Position numbers and translations under genes: made by a program
In this document: piece after piece, positions 47,239 to 57,105 of the stretch
Position numbering within the stretch: position 1 is the first letter of the stretch
Layout: each line of letters opens with the position of its first letter
From: Candidatus Spongiisociaceae bacterium
GTDB lineage: Bacteria; Actinomycetota; Acidimicrobiia; Spongiisociales; Spongiisociaceae
Reading direction: 5' to 3'
NCBI GenBank assembly: GCA_965243835.1
Contig: OZ251578.1
Span: 277,573-341,572, forward strand
DNA: 64,000 nt
Notes under the pieces: generated by a model
Databases searched by the model: none
Told to the model about the DNA's origin: nothing
The model's input: the letters and a program-made list of their open reading frames with translations, nothing else

Positions 47239-47667
47239 ATGGGTAGAAAAACGGTAACCGCCATTCTGAAACTGCAGATACCGGCCGGGGAGGCCAGTCC
47301 GGCCCCTCCGGTTGGGCCGGCCTTGGGTCAGTACGGGGTGAACATTATGGAGTTCGTCAAGGCGTACAACGACGCCACTGCCGGCCAGGCGGGCACCATT
47401 ATCCCCGCCGAGATCACCATCTACGGCGACCATTCGTTCACTTTCATCACCAAAACCCCCCCGGCGGCGGTGTTGCTCCGGCAAGCGGCCCGGATCGAGA
47501 AAGGCTCCGCCGAGCCGCATGTCGACAAGGTGGCGACGGTAACCAGGGAGCAGTTGCGCGGCATCGCCGAAACCAAACTGCCCGATCTGAACACCGACGA
47601 TGTGGAAAGCGCCATGAAGATCGTGGCCGGAACCGCCCGTTCCATGGGAATAGAAGTCGAGAGCTAG
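47239..47667 (+). CDS. rplK: 50S ribosomal protein L11
   Basis: [31 protein letters not shown]. Confidence 0.9.
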   Translation: MGRKTVTAILKLQIPAGEASPAPPVGPALGQYGVNIMEFVKAYNDATAGQAGTIIPAEITIYGDHSFTFITKTPPAAVLLRQAARIEKGSAEPHVDKVATVTREQLRGIAETKLPDLNTDDVESAMKIVAGTARSMGIEVES

Positions 47668-47723
47668 GTCTCGCAAGTTGGGAGAGCCGCCGCCGGCGGT
47701 TCGCACGGACCAAGGAGGAAAAG

Positions 47724-48431
47724 ATGGCCCGTTCGGGTAAAAGATACAACGCGGCGCGGGCGTCCTACGACAAGTACGCCGCCTATCAGCCGGAGCAGGC
47801 GGTGGAGTTGGTCAAGCAGATGGCCACCGCCTCCTTCGACGAGACGGTGGAGGCCGCTTACCGGTTGGGGATCGACGCCCGCCAGGCCGATCAGGGGTTG
47901 CGGGGCACGGTCAGTTTGCCGCACGGCACCGGCAAGACGGTGCGGGTGGCGGTGTTCGCCTCCGGCGAACGTCAGAATGAAGCCGAGCAGGCCGGGGCCG
48001 AGGTGGTGGGCGGCGAGGAGTTGGTGGAGTCCATCGCCGGCGGCGGGGAGTTGGCTTTCGACGTGGCCATCGCCACCCCCGACATGATGCCCAAAGTAGG
48101 CAAGTTGGGGAAGGTGCTGGGCCCGCGCGGCCTGATGCCCAACCCCAAGTCCGGCACCGTGACCATGGAGGTGGGCCGGACTGTGGAAGAGTTCAAGGGG
48201 GGCCGGATCGAATACCGCAACGACCGGTTGGGAAACGTGGCCGCCCCCATCGGCCGGGCCTCTTTCGAGGCGCGCTCCCTGTTCGAGAACCTGGCGGCCC
48301 TGACCGCCGAGATCCTGCGGGCCAAACCGCCTTCCGCCAAAGGGGCCTACGTGCGCAACCTGTCCCTGTCCTCCACCATGGGCCCCGGCGTCAAAGTGGA
48401 CGTCTCCCGCCTGGACCGCCTAACGGCCTAA
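47724..48431 (+). CDS. rplA: 50S ribosomal protein L1
   Basis: aaggagga RBS; [18 protein letters not shown]. Confidence 0.9.
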   Translation: MARSGKRYNAARASYDKYAAYQPEQAVELVKQMATASFDETVEAAYRLGIDARQADQGLRGTVSLPHGTGKTVRVAVFASGERQNEAEQAGAEVVGGEELVESIAGGGELAFDVAIATPDMMPKVGKLGKVLGPRGLMPNPKSGTVTMEVGRTVEEFKGGRIEYRNDRLGNVAAPIGRASFEARSLFENLAALTAEILRAKPPSAKGAYVRNLSLSSTMGPGVKVDVSRLDRLTA

Positions 48432-48483
48432 CCCGCCCCCGGCCGGGGCGCGGGCTGGGCCCGTACGACTTGCGGGCGGGGGG

Positions 48484-49692
48484 TCAGATGCCGGGGGAAC
48501 CGGAGGCGGGGGAACCGGGTTCGGGGCCGGTGGCCGCGGGCAGGGAGGCCGCCGACCAGTCCGACCACGATCCGGGGTAGAGCATCGGTTCCGGGTAGCC
48601 GGCCATGCGCAAGGCCAGAATGTTGTGGCAGGCGGTCACCCCGCTGCCGCAGGAACTGACAATCGGGCGCTCCGGGTCCAACCCCAGGTCGGCGAACCGG
48701 GCAGCCAGGTCGTCCGGGCTTTTGAACACCCCTTCTTCGGTCAGGTTGCCGGCGTAGGGCGCGGAGAGGGCGGTGGGGATGTGTCCGGCGACGGGATCCA
48801 CCGTTTCTTCCTCCCCCCGGTAACGTTCCGCCTCCCGGGCGTCGATAACCTGCACCGCTCCCAGCCGGGACAGCAGTTCGTCGCGGTCGATGACGGAGGT
48901 GGGGTCGGAGGCCGCCTCGTAAACGACCGGCTCCGGGGAGGGTGTAACCCCGGTGGTCAGATAGCCTTCCGCCGTCCAGCGGGCGAAGCCTCCGTCCAAC
49001 ACGCTCACCCGCCCATGGCCGAGGTTGCGCAACATCCACCACAGCCGGGCGGCGATGGCTCCCGGTCCCTGGTCGTAGACCACGACATGATGGCGGGGCC
49101 CGATTCCGCACGAGCCGAGGAGGGCCGCAAACTCGTTCCGGTCGGGGAGCGGATGACGCCCCGGCCCCTCCGCCGCCGACAAGTGTTTTTCCACATCCAG
49201 GAATACGGCTCCCGGCAGGTGGGACTCATCGTATTCCCGTCGGCCTTGCTCGACATCGGCCAGGTACCAGCGGGTGTCCACGATCCGCACCGCGCGGTCG
49301 GTCAGACGGGAGGCCAGCCATTCGCAGGAGACGATCGGTTGCTCCGCGGCTCCGCACCCCACCCGTTGCACGATTTTACGGGTGGCGTCGGCGGTGGTTT
49401 TAGCGGTGGTTTTAGCGGCCGTTTTGACCGTGGAGCCGGTGGCCCCCGCCAACGTTCCCAGGGCCTGGCCGGCTCCGGCCCGCACCTGCGGGTCGCGCAC
49501 CGTCTTCGACAGAGCCGAACCCAGGTGCCGGGTGGCGGATTTGAACTCGTCCCAGGCGTCCTTCACCTCGCCGCTTTCTTCGTCCGGGCCGCCGGTGAAA
49601 TGGGCCCCCAGACGGGAACCCAAGTCGGAGAACTTTTCGTTGACCTCCCGCCAAGTGGGCTCGGCGGGGCCCTCTCCTCTAACATCTTCCAT
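48484..49692 (-). CDS. Sulfurtransferase (tandem rhodanese domains, SseA-like) with ~110-aa N-terminal extension
   Basis: Two rhodanese domains, active-site CGSGVTAC. Confidence 0.8.
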   Translation of the reverse strand: MEDVRGEGPAEPTWREVNEKFSDLGSRLGAHFTGGPDEESGEVKDAWDEFKSATRHLGSALSKTVRDPQVRAGAGQALGTLAGATGSTVKTAAKTTAKTTADATRKIVQRVGCGAAEQPIVSCEWLASRLTDRAVRIVDTRWYLADVEQGRREYDESHLPGAVFLDVEKHLSAAEGPGRHPLPDRNEFAALLGSCGIGPRHHVVVYDQGPGAIAARLWWMLRNLGHGRVSVLDGGFARWTAEGYLTTGVTPSPEPVVYEAASDPTSVIDRDELLSRLGAVQVIDAREAERYRGEEETVDPVAGHIPTALSAPYAGNLTEEGVFKSPDDLAARFADLGLDPERPIVSSCGSGVTACHNILALRMAGYPEPMLYPGSWSDWSAASLPAATGPEPGSPASGSPGI

Positions 49693-49693
49693 T

Positions 49694-50569
49694 ATGAAAC
49701 TCCATCTGCTCGATGCTACCTATGAGTTGTTTCGGGCCTATTTCGGGTTTCCGTCCCGGCAGGCTCCCGACGGCTCCGAAGTCGGGGCCGTATACGGCAT
49801 TTTAGATACCACCCTGAGACTACTCGGACAACGGGACGTAACCCATTTGGGGGCGGCCACGGACCAGGTGATCGAGTCGTTCCGCAACCGGATGTTCGAC
49901 GGCTACAAAACGGGGGAGGGGGTGGAGCCGGAGCTCTTGGCGCAGTTTCCGCTGGCCGAGGAGGCGTTGCGGGCCTTGGGGGTGACGGTGTGGGCCATGC
50001 GGGAGTTCGAAGCGGACGACGCCCTGGCCACCGCCGCCCTGCGCTGGTCCGGGGATGTGGAGCAGGTGGTGATTCTCAGCCCGGACAAGGACCTGATGCA
50101 GTGCGTGGTGGGCGACCGGGTGGTGTCCTACAACCGGCGGGAGCGCAAGCTCTACGACGAGGCGGGGGTGGTGGAGAAGTTCGGGGTTCCGCCGGTGTCG
50201 ATCCCCGACTACCTGGCCCTGGTGGGGGACAGCGCCGACGGGGTGCCGGGAATAGCCGGGTGGGGGGCCAAATCCACCGCCGCGGTGCTGGCCCGCTACG
50301 GCAAGCTGGAACGAATCCCGACCGAGGCGGCCCGGTGGGAGGCGACGGTGCGGGGGGCGGCCCGCCTGTCGGCCAATCTGGAGGCGGACCGGGAGCGCGC
50401 CCTGCTCTACCGGAGATTGACCCGCCTGCGCCGGGACGTCCCCCTGGACGAGTCGCTGTCGGACCTGCAGTGGCGGGGGGCCCGCCCCCGGGAGTTCACC
50501 GCCCTGTGCGACCGCCTCGGCTTCCCCAACCTGGCCCGCCGCCCCCATCGCTGGCTCCCCGACTCCTAG
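49694..50569 (+). CDS. 5'-3' exonuclease (FEN/Pol I N-terminal domain family)
   Basis: LLDATYELFRAYFG, EADDALAT, H3TH LVGDSADGVPGIAGWGAKSTAAVL. Confidence 0.75.
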   Translation: MKLHLLDATYELFRAYFGFPSRQAPDGSEVGAVYGILDTTLRLLGQRDVTHLGAATDQVIESFRNRMFDGYKTGEGVEPELLAQFPLAEEALRALGVTVWAMREFEADDALATAALRWSGDVEQVVILSPDKDLMQCVVGDRVVSYNRRERKLYDEAGVVEKFGVPPVSIPDYLALVGDSADGVPGIAGWGAKSTAAVLARYGKLERIPTEAARWEATVRGAARLSANLEADRERALLYRRLTRLRRDVPLDESLSDLQWRGARPREFTALCDRLGFPNLARRPHRWLPDS

Positions 50570-51110
50570 CCCAGCCGTTGGCAAAAGGTTCGGTCTCGGG
50601 CGGAATCGGGGAGGCCGCCCGCGTTCGGCGGCAGATTTTGACCAAGGCGATGACGGGCAGGCTCACCATTACGGCCACCGTCGCCAACGCGATCCAGCCA
50701 TGGTTACGCAACAGAAAGGCCGCCCCCAGGCAGGAAAGGGTAAGAATGAAGGAAGTTATCATTCCCGCCGTCTCGGTGCGGAACGCGGATTTGACGTCTT
50801 TGAACTCTTTGCCCCTCCGCTGGTTGCCGATTTGCTCGGACAGGTCGAACAATTGACGAGCCGTGCCCGGTGATTGCTCCTCCGCTTTGCCCAGAGCCTG
50901 CGGGGATAGAACAGGGCCGGGAATTGCCAGTTCGGTCCAGGCTTGGGACATGTCGCCGAACACCATTTGCCAGTCCCGTTCCCAAGCCTTCCCCGGTTGC
51001 GACGCCGACCCGTTATTTCCGCCGTCGATGCCGCCCAACAGGTCGTAGCAACGCACCACCCCGCGCCAGAATGAGGGAGGGGAGGCAAACAGGCGGTTGG
51101 CGAGGGTCAT
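50496..51110 (-). CDS. Hypothetical membrane protein (start uncertain; overlaps the 3' end of the exonuclease gene)
   Basis: Two TM helices (ITSFILTLSCLGAAFLL, IALATVAVMVSLPVIAL); no domain recognised. Confidence 0.3.
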   Translation of the reverse strand: MTLANRLFASPPSFWRGVVRCYDLLGGIDGGNNGSASQPGKAWERDWQMVFGDMSQAWTELAIPGPVLSPQALGKAEEQSPGTARQLFDLSEQIGNQRRGKEFKDVKSAFRTETAGMITSFILTLSCLGAAFLLRNHGWIALATVAVMVSLPVIALVKICRRTRAASPIPPETEPFANGWARSRGASDGGGGPGWGSRGGRTGR

Positions 51111-51144
51111 GGTTAGCTCCTTGGCGAAGATTGCCGTAGGGAGG

Positions 51145-51591
51145 TTAGCGGCGGGAGCGGGCTTGGGTTACCAGGGTGAGGAACTCGGGCACCGGGTAGC
51201 GGCCTATGGCCTCGCCGATCACCTCCAAGGGCAGGTGCTCCAGTTTGCGGAACCGGATGCAACTTTTGCCCATGTCCAGCCGCTTGCCGGTGGCCCGGTA
51301 GGCGTCCAGGAAACTTTCCCGGGCCTGGTCGTCGGCGTACACCCCGGTCAGGTAGACGGCCATGTGATTCTTCTGGGAGGCCAAAGCGGCGTACATCAGC
51401 GGCTGGCCGTTGTAGGTGTCGGGCTGGACGGCCAGCGGCACCTCGTAGGCGATCATCCCCCAGCGCATCGCCTCCTCGTAGCCCTCCGGCAGGTTGGACA
51501 GGATAACGTCCCGCACCGTCCCGATCGCCGCCCGCCGCTCCTCCGGCAACCCGGCCAGATATTCGTCCACCGTGGCCGCGTCCGAACGCAT
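51145..51591 (-). CDS. DUF1801 (YdhG-like) domain protein
   Basis: TVDEYLAGLPEERRAAIGTVRDVIL...GKSCIRFRKLEHLP. Confidence 0.55.
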   Translation of the reverse strand: MRSDAATVDEYLAGLPEERRAAIGTVRDVILSNLPEGYEEAMRWGMIAYEVPLAVQPDTYNGQPLMYAALASQKNHMAVYLTGVYADDQARESFLDAYRATGKRLDMGKSCIRFRKLEHLPLEVIGEAIGRYPVPEFLTLVTQARSRR

Positions 51592-51673
51592 GGCCCGCCT
51601 CCTTTCCGTTGGCTCCGCCGCCCCGCACGCTAGCAGGAGCGCCCGCCGCCCCGCCCTCCGCCGCCGGGCTGGT

Positions 51674-51702
51674 TTGACACCCCGTCCGGATGGTGTAACA
51701 TA
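51674..51702 (+). promoter_or_regulatory. Candidate promoter (-35 ttgaca, -10 taacat) driving the SAM riboswitch
   Basis: ggtttgacaccccgtccggatggtgtaacatag. Confidence 0.35.
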
Positions 51703-51713
51703 GACGGCACGAC

Positions 51714-51800
51714 GCGCTCATCCAGAGCGGTGGAGGGACAGGCCCTGCGAAACCGCGGCAACCGTATGACCGGTGCCAATGCCTGAACGATGAGATAAGC
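51714..51800 (+). promoter_or_regulatory. SAM-I (S-box) riboswitch aptamer
   Basis: ctcatccagagcggtggagggacaggccctgcgaaaccgcggcaaccgtatgaccggtgccaatgcctgaacgatgag matches the S-box consensus (P1 ctcatc/gatgag, GGTGGAGGGAC, GGCAACC, GGTGCCAAT). Confidence 0.7.
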
Positions 51801-51861
51801 CGACGGCGGTAACTCCGCTCGCGGCGCTTCGAGGAGCGCGTAGGACGAGAGGAGAAAAACG

Positions 51862-51966
51862 ATGGGAAACCAACCTCTCCCGACCGCCCCCCTGCGGGGC
51901 GGGGGATTCATGTGTTGTCCGGGCTCTCGGGTGATCCACCCGGGCGGCCCGCAACGTCGCTCGTAA
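51862..51966 (+). CDS. Small ORF (34 aa, MGNQPLPTAPLRGGGFMCCPGSRVIHPGGPQRRS) downstream of the riboswitch with a gaggag RBS; possibly a leader peptide
   Basis: RBS plus ATG only; no homology evidence. Confidence 0.2.
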   Translation: MGNQPLPTAPLRGGGFMCCPGSRVIHPGGPQRRS

Positions 51967-52077
51967 CGAACGCACCACCCGAGAGCAAACCCAAGCCCGC
52001 GGCGGCTTGGCGCGGCGTTCAGAAACCCACCTAAGGGGCCGGGCCCCTCGACCAACCCCGGGCGCGCCCCCTGTTTC

Positions 52078-52104
52078 ACAACTACGCAACTACGCAACTA
52101 CGCA
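52078..52104 (+). repeat. Tandem octamer repeat (caactacg x3) directly upstream of the OsmC-like gene RBS
   Basis: acaactacgcaactacgcaactacgcaa. Confidence 0.8.
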
Positions 52105-52119
52105 AAAGGAGATGATGGA

Positions 52120-52680
52120 ATGACTGTTACGGCAACCCCCGTGGCCAACGGGGTCAACGTGGAAGCCCTGCTGGGGGCCCGGGACGCCCTGGGCGAGACC
52201 CCGGAGGCGGGCCGGTTCACCTGGCGGGCCACCAACGAGTGGGTGCACGGAACCCACAGCCGCTCTTCGGTGGAAGGCTATTTCGGCCTGGGCGAGGAGC
52301 ACAACCACAAGGCGGCCTACGACTTCGAGGCCGATCATCCGCTGGTGTTCGCCGCCGAGGACAACGCGGCCACTCCGGTGGAAATCGTGCTGGTGGGGCT
52401 GGCCAGCTGCCTGACGGCCGGCGTTGCGGCGGTGGCCCAGAACCGGGAAATCCAGTTGCGGTCGGTGAAAGCCACCGTGGAAGGCGACATGGACATCGCC
52501 GGCATCCTGGGGGCCGACCCCGACGTCCGCAACGGGTTCAGCGACATCCGGGTTACCTACGACATCGACGCCGACGGCTCCCCGGAGGACATCCAAGCCT
52601 TGGTGGCCCAAAGCCAGAAGCGGTCGGCGGTGTTCGACATCGTCACCAACCCGACCAACGTGCGCGTCGCGGTCGCCTAG
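52120..52680 (+). CDS. OsmC/Ohr family peroxiredoxin-like protein
   Basis: aaaaggag RBS; LVGLASCLTAGVAAVA with conserved Cys, DIVTNPTNV. Confidence 0.8.
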   Translation: MTVTATPVANGVNVEALLGARDALGETPEAGRFTWRATNEWVHGTHSRSSVEGYFGLGEEHNHKAAYDFEADHPLVFAAEDNAATPVEIVLVGLASCLTAGVAAVAQNREIQLRSVKATVEGDMDIAGILGADPDVRNGFSDIRVTYDIDADGSPEDIQALVAQSQKRSAVFDIVTNPTNVRVAVA

Positions 52681-52687
52681 CCGGACT

Positions 52688-53941
52688 ATGCGCGTCGACG
52701 CGGTCGTAATCGGGGCCGGGCACGCCGGCTTGGCGGTGAGCCGCCTCCTCACCGCCCGCTCCATCGAGCATGTGGTGCTGGAGCGGGGGGAGGTGGCCCA
52801 GTCCTGGCGCACCCAGCGCTGGGATTCGTTGCGGTTGCTCACCCCCAACTGGCTGACCCGCCTGCCCGGTTTGGAATACGACGGCGACGACCCGGACGGG
52901 TTTATGACCATGCCGGAGGTGATCGACTTCATCGACCGCTACGCCCTGCTGGCCGACGCCCCGGTGCGCACCAACACCCGGGTTACCGCCCTGCGCCCCG
53001 CCGACGACGGCTTCCGGGTGGCGACCGACCGGGGGGAGTGGACCTGCCGGACGGCGGTGCTGGCCACCGGCGGGTTCAACCTCCCCCGGGTGCCGCCGCT
53101 GGTGGCGGGGTTTCCCAACTCCATCGACTCGGTTACCCCCTACGATTACCGCCGCCCGTCCGACTTGGCGGAGGGGGGCGTGCTGGTGGTGGGGGCGTCG
53201 GCTACCGGCATCCAACTGGCCGAAGAGATTCACGCCTCCGGGCGGCCGGTCACGTTGGCGGTGGGGGAGCATGTGCGGATGGTGCGCACCTACCGGGGCA
53301 AGGACATCCAATGGTGGATGTTGCGCACCGGCCGGCTGGACGAACGATACGACCAAGTGGAGGACCTGGCCCGGGCCCGGCGGGTCCCCTCCCCGCAGTT
53401 GATCGGTTCCCCGGAGCGGCGCACCCTGGACTTGAACGGCCTCGCCGACCAAGGGGTGCGGCTGGCGGGCCGTCTGGCCGGAGTCTCGGGGTCCACCCTG
53501 CAGTTCTCCGGGTCGTTGCGCAACAAATGCCAACTGGCCGACCTGAAACTGGGGCGGTTGCTGGACGAGTTCGACGAATGGGCCCGGCACGCCGGGCGCA
53601 ACGGGGAGTTCGGCCCCGCCCGCCGCCCGGAGCCGACCCGGGTGGAGGACTCGCCTTTGCTGACCCTGGACTTGTCCCGCGGAGAGATAAAAACGGTGCT
53701 GTGGGCCACCGGCTTCGATCCGGACTATTCCTGGTTGGAGGTCCCGGTCCTGGACCGCAAAGGCCGGTTGCGCCACCAGGGCGGGGTGGTGACCGACTGG
53801 CCCGGGATGTACCGGATCGGGTTGAACTTCCTGCGCCGCCGCAAGTCCAGTTTCATCCACGGCGCGGGAGACGACGCCCGCGACCTGGTGGACCACTTGG
53901 AGCGCCACCTGCGCCGCCGGGTCCCGGCCGGAGTGTGCTGA
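52688..53941 (+). CDS. FAD-dependent oxidoreductase (flavin monooxygenase-like)
   Basis: VDAVVIGAGHAGLAVSRLL, second dinucleotide motif VLVVGASATGIQLAEEI. Confidence 0.7.
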   Translation: MRVDAVVIGAGHAGLAVSRLLTARSIEHVVLERGEVAQSWRTQRWDSLRLLTPNWLTRLPGLEYDGDDPDGFMTMPEVIDFIDRYALLADAPVRTNTRVTALRPADDGFRVATDRGEWTCRTAVLATGGFNLPRVPPLVAGFPNSIDSVTPYDYRRPSDLAEGGVLVVGASATGIQLAEEIHASGRPVTLAVGEHVRMVRTYRGKDIQWWMLRTGRLDERYDQVEDLARARRVPSPQLIGSPERRTLDLNGLADQGVRLAGRLAGVSGSTLQFSGSLRNKCQLADLKLGRLLDEFDEWARHAGRNGEFGPARRPEPTRVEDSPLLTLDLSRGEIKTVLWATGFDPDYSWLEVPVLDRKGRLRHQGGVVTDWPGMYRIGLNFLRRRKSSFIHGAGDDARDLVDHLERHLRRRVPAGVC

Positions 53942-54107
53942 AACCGACTCCCGGGGGGCCGCCGCAGACAGGACGGCGCCCCTCCCTCATTTCCGAAGAG
54001 CCCCTGAACCGCTAGTTGGCCGTTTGCCACGGGTAAAATGTCACAGGGGCGGGTTATGTTGAAAGCAGGTTACGGGAAATACCCGTGGACCTCCCGGGAA
54101 AGGAGGC

Positions 54108-57086
54108 ATGATGGCCCAGGCGGGAGCGAGGACGGCGGAGATGGCCGGCAGGGTTATCTCCGGGCAAGCCGAGGACGACATCAGAGCCGCCCTGCGCAAC
54201 CTGTTAGAAGAGATGGGCGCCGCACGCGCCGCGCAACTTTCGTTCGCCGGCGGCGATGAAGCGGATATGGTGATTGAGGAGTGGTCCGTCGTCATCGAGA
54301 CCAAAAGCAAGGGCATTAGCGACTTCTCGGCTCCGGGTAGCGGAAGCCGCGTCGGGGAAACCGCTTTTGATCAACTGGGCCGTTATCATGGTCATTTGGA
54401 TGGCCTTCCCGAATACACGCAACAAAAGGGTAGTTGGCTAGGTGTTATTACCAACGGCAGACGGTGGTCGACGCGGATCTGGTCGGATCAGGGCGCGGTG
54501 GAGCTGGCAAGCGATCGGGAGTTTCTGCCGGGAAACGAAGCCGCCTTGATAGAATGGTTGTCTAACTTGTTGATAGAAAGGCGAAAGTATCAACCTTTCC
54601 CATCGGATCCGGGTGAAGTATTTAATCCTTTTGCCAACGAACTTTTGATGATGACCCAGACGGACTGGCCTAATTCTCAAAAGAAATCCTATGCTACGCA
54701 AAAGGATTTGTGGCTGGAAATACTTGAAGGATCAGGTATGGGGGTAGTTACCGACGAGGAAGCTTTGTTTCGCCGTCATTGTTTTCTAGTATCGCTAGCG
54801 CGAGCGGTGGAAGCGTCTATGGAGAAGGACCCTCCCCCTGTTCTTGATTCAAATAGGATGGTGGGATTTTCATCTTGGGTGGCAGAAACGAATGATGGTA
54901 GAGAGTGGTTGGATAAAATGTACAAACAAGTGCTTTCTTATGATTGGCAGAATACAGGTCGTGACGCTTTACGTGAAGTGTATGAAACAACCGTAGACAA
55001 AAGAAACCGGCACGCGTTTGGAGAATACTATACCCCTGGTTGGGTGGCGGCTATGGTGGTAGAGCGGGTATTGGATGATGACTGGCTCAGCCGCTGTTTA
55101 ACGGCCGGTGAGAGCCCTCAGCCCGGCTACGGTGTTCTGGATCCCGCTTGTGGTTCCGGCACCTTTTTGTATCATGCGGCCAAAAGAATATACTCTTATT
55201 TGAACACCGCACCGGACGCATCCCGGCTACTGGATGTACAGAAGGCGGATATTGTGGCTAATCTGGTTGTGGGAATAGATATTCATCCGGTTGCAGTGGA
55301 GTTGGCGAAGATTACGTTGCTCACGGCCTTTCCGCCCGGGGTTTCACCTCGCAGGGGAAAAGACGCCCTGAGGGTTTTCCAAGGGGATGCGTTGCTGGCT
55401 GATTGGCAGACGCATGCCCTGTTTCGTAATCCCGAGTTGGAAGGCGAATTATATGAGTTTGAATCACCTCAAGGAAGAGAATATTTTATACCTCGCTTTT
55501 TTGCCCTCCGGCCTGAATTTGGGCAACAGATTAAGACGATGTTGGATGCTGTTATTCGCGGCGATCATCTTCCCCGGCATTTGTTGGAAGGTGACGAAAG
55601 TTTGGATCAGTTGTTATTGGAAAGTTATGATACTCTAAAAACTCTCGTACAAGTAGAGCAAAATGGGGTTTGGGCGTGGCGTATTTTCAATTCCGTATCT
55701 CCGCTACTGCTCTCCTTAACCAAGGTAGATAGAATTGTGGCTAACCCACCGTGGGTGGTAATGTCTTCTATACAAGATCGCCGGAAAAGGGTTTGCGAAA
55801 GCCTGCTTAAAGATCATCAACTTTGGCCTGGAAAGAATTTGGCCGCTAAAACCAATCTGGCGGCTCTTTTCGTATTCCGTACGGCAGTCGAATATTTACA
55901 CTATAAACGAAAAGGAAATTTCGCCTGCGGTTGGGTACTTCCCTGGGGATCTTTGCAAGGTGAAAACTGGGGGTTTTTGCGAGAGAAGATTAGTCCCGAA
56001 ACACTAGATTTGGGCGATGTCAAACAGCCTCCTTTTACTGGTGATGTGTCCTGTGTTTGGTTTGAAGGATCTGCTATAACCGATGATAAATTAAATAAGA
56101 TAGCTAATAACGTTTCCGGCCAAATTGTGTCGCGCGATGCCGACGATTGGAGTTTAGCCCAAACCAGACTCAGAATTTCAACAGCTGAAATACCCCGCCA
56201 AGAAACTTCCGGCTACTACGACGGGAAAAAATCATTGTTTAGGCAAGGTGCCTCCCTTGTACCTCATACCCTGGTCAAGATACAAGAATCTCGGACGTCG
56301 CCATCCGGAAACGACCGTTTGTTAATTACAACGGCCGCCAGCGTAAAAGGTGTCTGGGCCAATATCTCTCCTCATAAAGACCAAGAGATTCCAAAAAGAT
56401 GGTCCAAGGAAACCGCGGGGGGAGAACACCTGCTTCCCTTCGTATTAAGGATGCCCTTTGATAGATTCGTCATCCCTGTTAACTCTACGGGGAAGAATCT
56501 AATGTCGGAATCAGCATCATTGCAAGAAGAATATTGGTGGAACGCCAACAAGGATTATTCCGAAAATGCGGGGGGCGGACAGAGCACTCCTAGAACTTTA
56601 TATTCCCAAATAGATCATCATCAAAAATTGTCTTCTCAATTATCAAGGAAAGATGGTTGGGTAGTAACCTACAATAAATCTGGTTCTAGATTAAGGTCCG
56701 CCCGTACTAATAAACGCCGTTTAATACTTATGGATCAGCTTTATTGGTATACGTGCGACTCCGAGGAGGAGTCTGGATACCTGGTTAGTTTGATGAACTC
56801 TGATTACCTACAGGTACATTTTAGATACGCAAAAACCTCCTGGCGTGATTTTCATACCAACCCCTGGAAAAAGGTGCCGATACCAAAGTACGACCCTGGC
56901 GACGCTACTCACCGAAAACTGGCGAATCTGTGTTTGGATGCCGAAAGTATCGCCATGGGATTTCTCCGGAGTAGCACCGCCCGGGGCTTGGGGCAGCCGG
57001 CAACTTCCAAATTGATAAGAGCCGAGATCGTCGAAAACGGCCTGATGGCGGCAATAGACAACCAGGTCGAAAAAATAATTCCCTAA
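54108..57086 (+). CDS. Type IIG/IIL-like fused restriction endonuclease - N6-adenine DNA methyltransferase (MmeI-like architecture)
   Basis: N-terminal HsdR_N/Mrr-like PD-(D/E)XK (GGDEADMVIEEWSVVIETKSKG...GVITNGRRWSTRIW). MTase motif X EYYTPGWV, motif I VLDPACGSGTFLY, motif IV IVANPPWV. Long C-terminal putative specificity region. About 45% GC after a GC-rich first 300 nt. Confidence 0.7.
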   Translation: MMAQAGARTAEMAGRVISGQAEDDIRAALRNLLEEMGAARAAQLSFAGGDEADMVIEEWSVVIETKSKGISDFSAPGSGSRVGETAFDQLGRYHGHLDGLPEYTQQKGSWLGVITNGRRWSTRIWSDQGAVELASDREFLPGNEAALIEWLSNLLIERRKYQPFPSDPGEVFNPFANELLMMTQTDWPNSQKKSYATQKDLWLEILEGSGMGVVTDEEALFRRHCFLVSLARAVEASMEKDPPPVLDSNRMVGFSSWVAETNDGREWLDKMYKQVLSYDWQNTGRDALREVYETTVDKRNRHAFGEYYTPGWVAAMVVERVLDDDWLSRCLTAGESPQPGYGVLDPACGSGTFLYHAAKRIYSYLNTAPDASRLLDVQKADIVANLVVGIDIHPVAVELAKITLLTAFPPGVSPRRGKDALRVFQGDALLADWQTHALFRNPELEGELYEFESPQGREYFIPRFFALRPEFGQQIKTMLDAVIRGDHLPRHLLEGDESLDQLLLESYDTLKTLVQVEQNGVWAWRIFNSVSPLLLSLTKVDRIVANPPWVVMSSIQDRRKRVCESLLKDHQLWPGKNLAAKTNLAALFVFRTAVEYLHYKRKGNFACGWVLPWGSLQGENWGFLREKISPETLDLGDVKQPPFTGDVSCVWFEGSAITDDKLNKIANNVSGQIVSRDADDWSLAQTRLRISTAEIPRQETSGYYDGKKSLFRQGASLVPHTLVKIQESRTSPSGNDRLLITTAASVKGVWANISPHKDQEIPKRWSKETAGGEHLLPFVLRMPFDRFVIPVNSTGKNLMSESASLQEEYWWNANKDYSENAGGGQSTPRTLYSQIDHHQKLSSQLSRKDGWVVTYNKSGSRLRSARTNKRRLILMDQLYWYTCDSEEESGYLVSLMNSDYLQVHFRYAKTSWRDFHTNPWKKVPIPKYDPGDATHRKLANLCLDAESIAMGFLRSSTARGLGQPATSKLIRAEIVENGLMAAIDNQVEKIIP

Positions 57087-57105
57087 GACCGGTTGCCGGA
57101 AGAGG

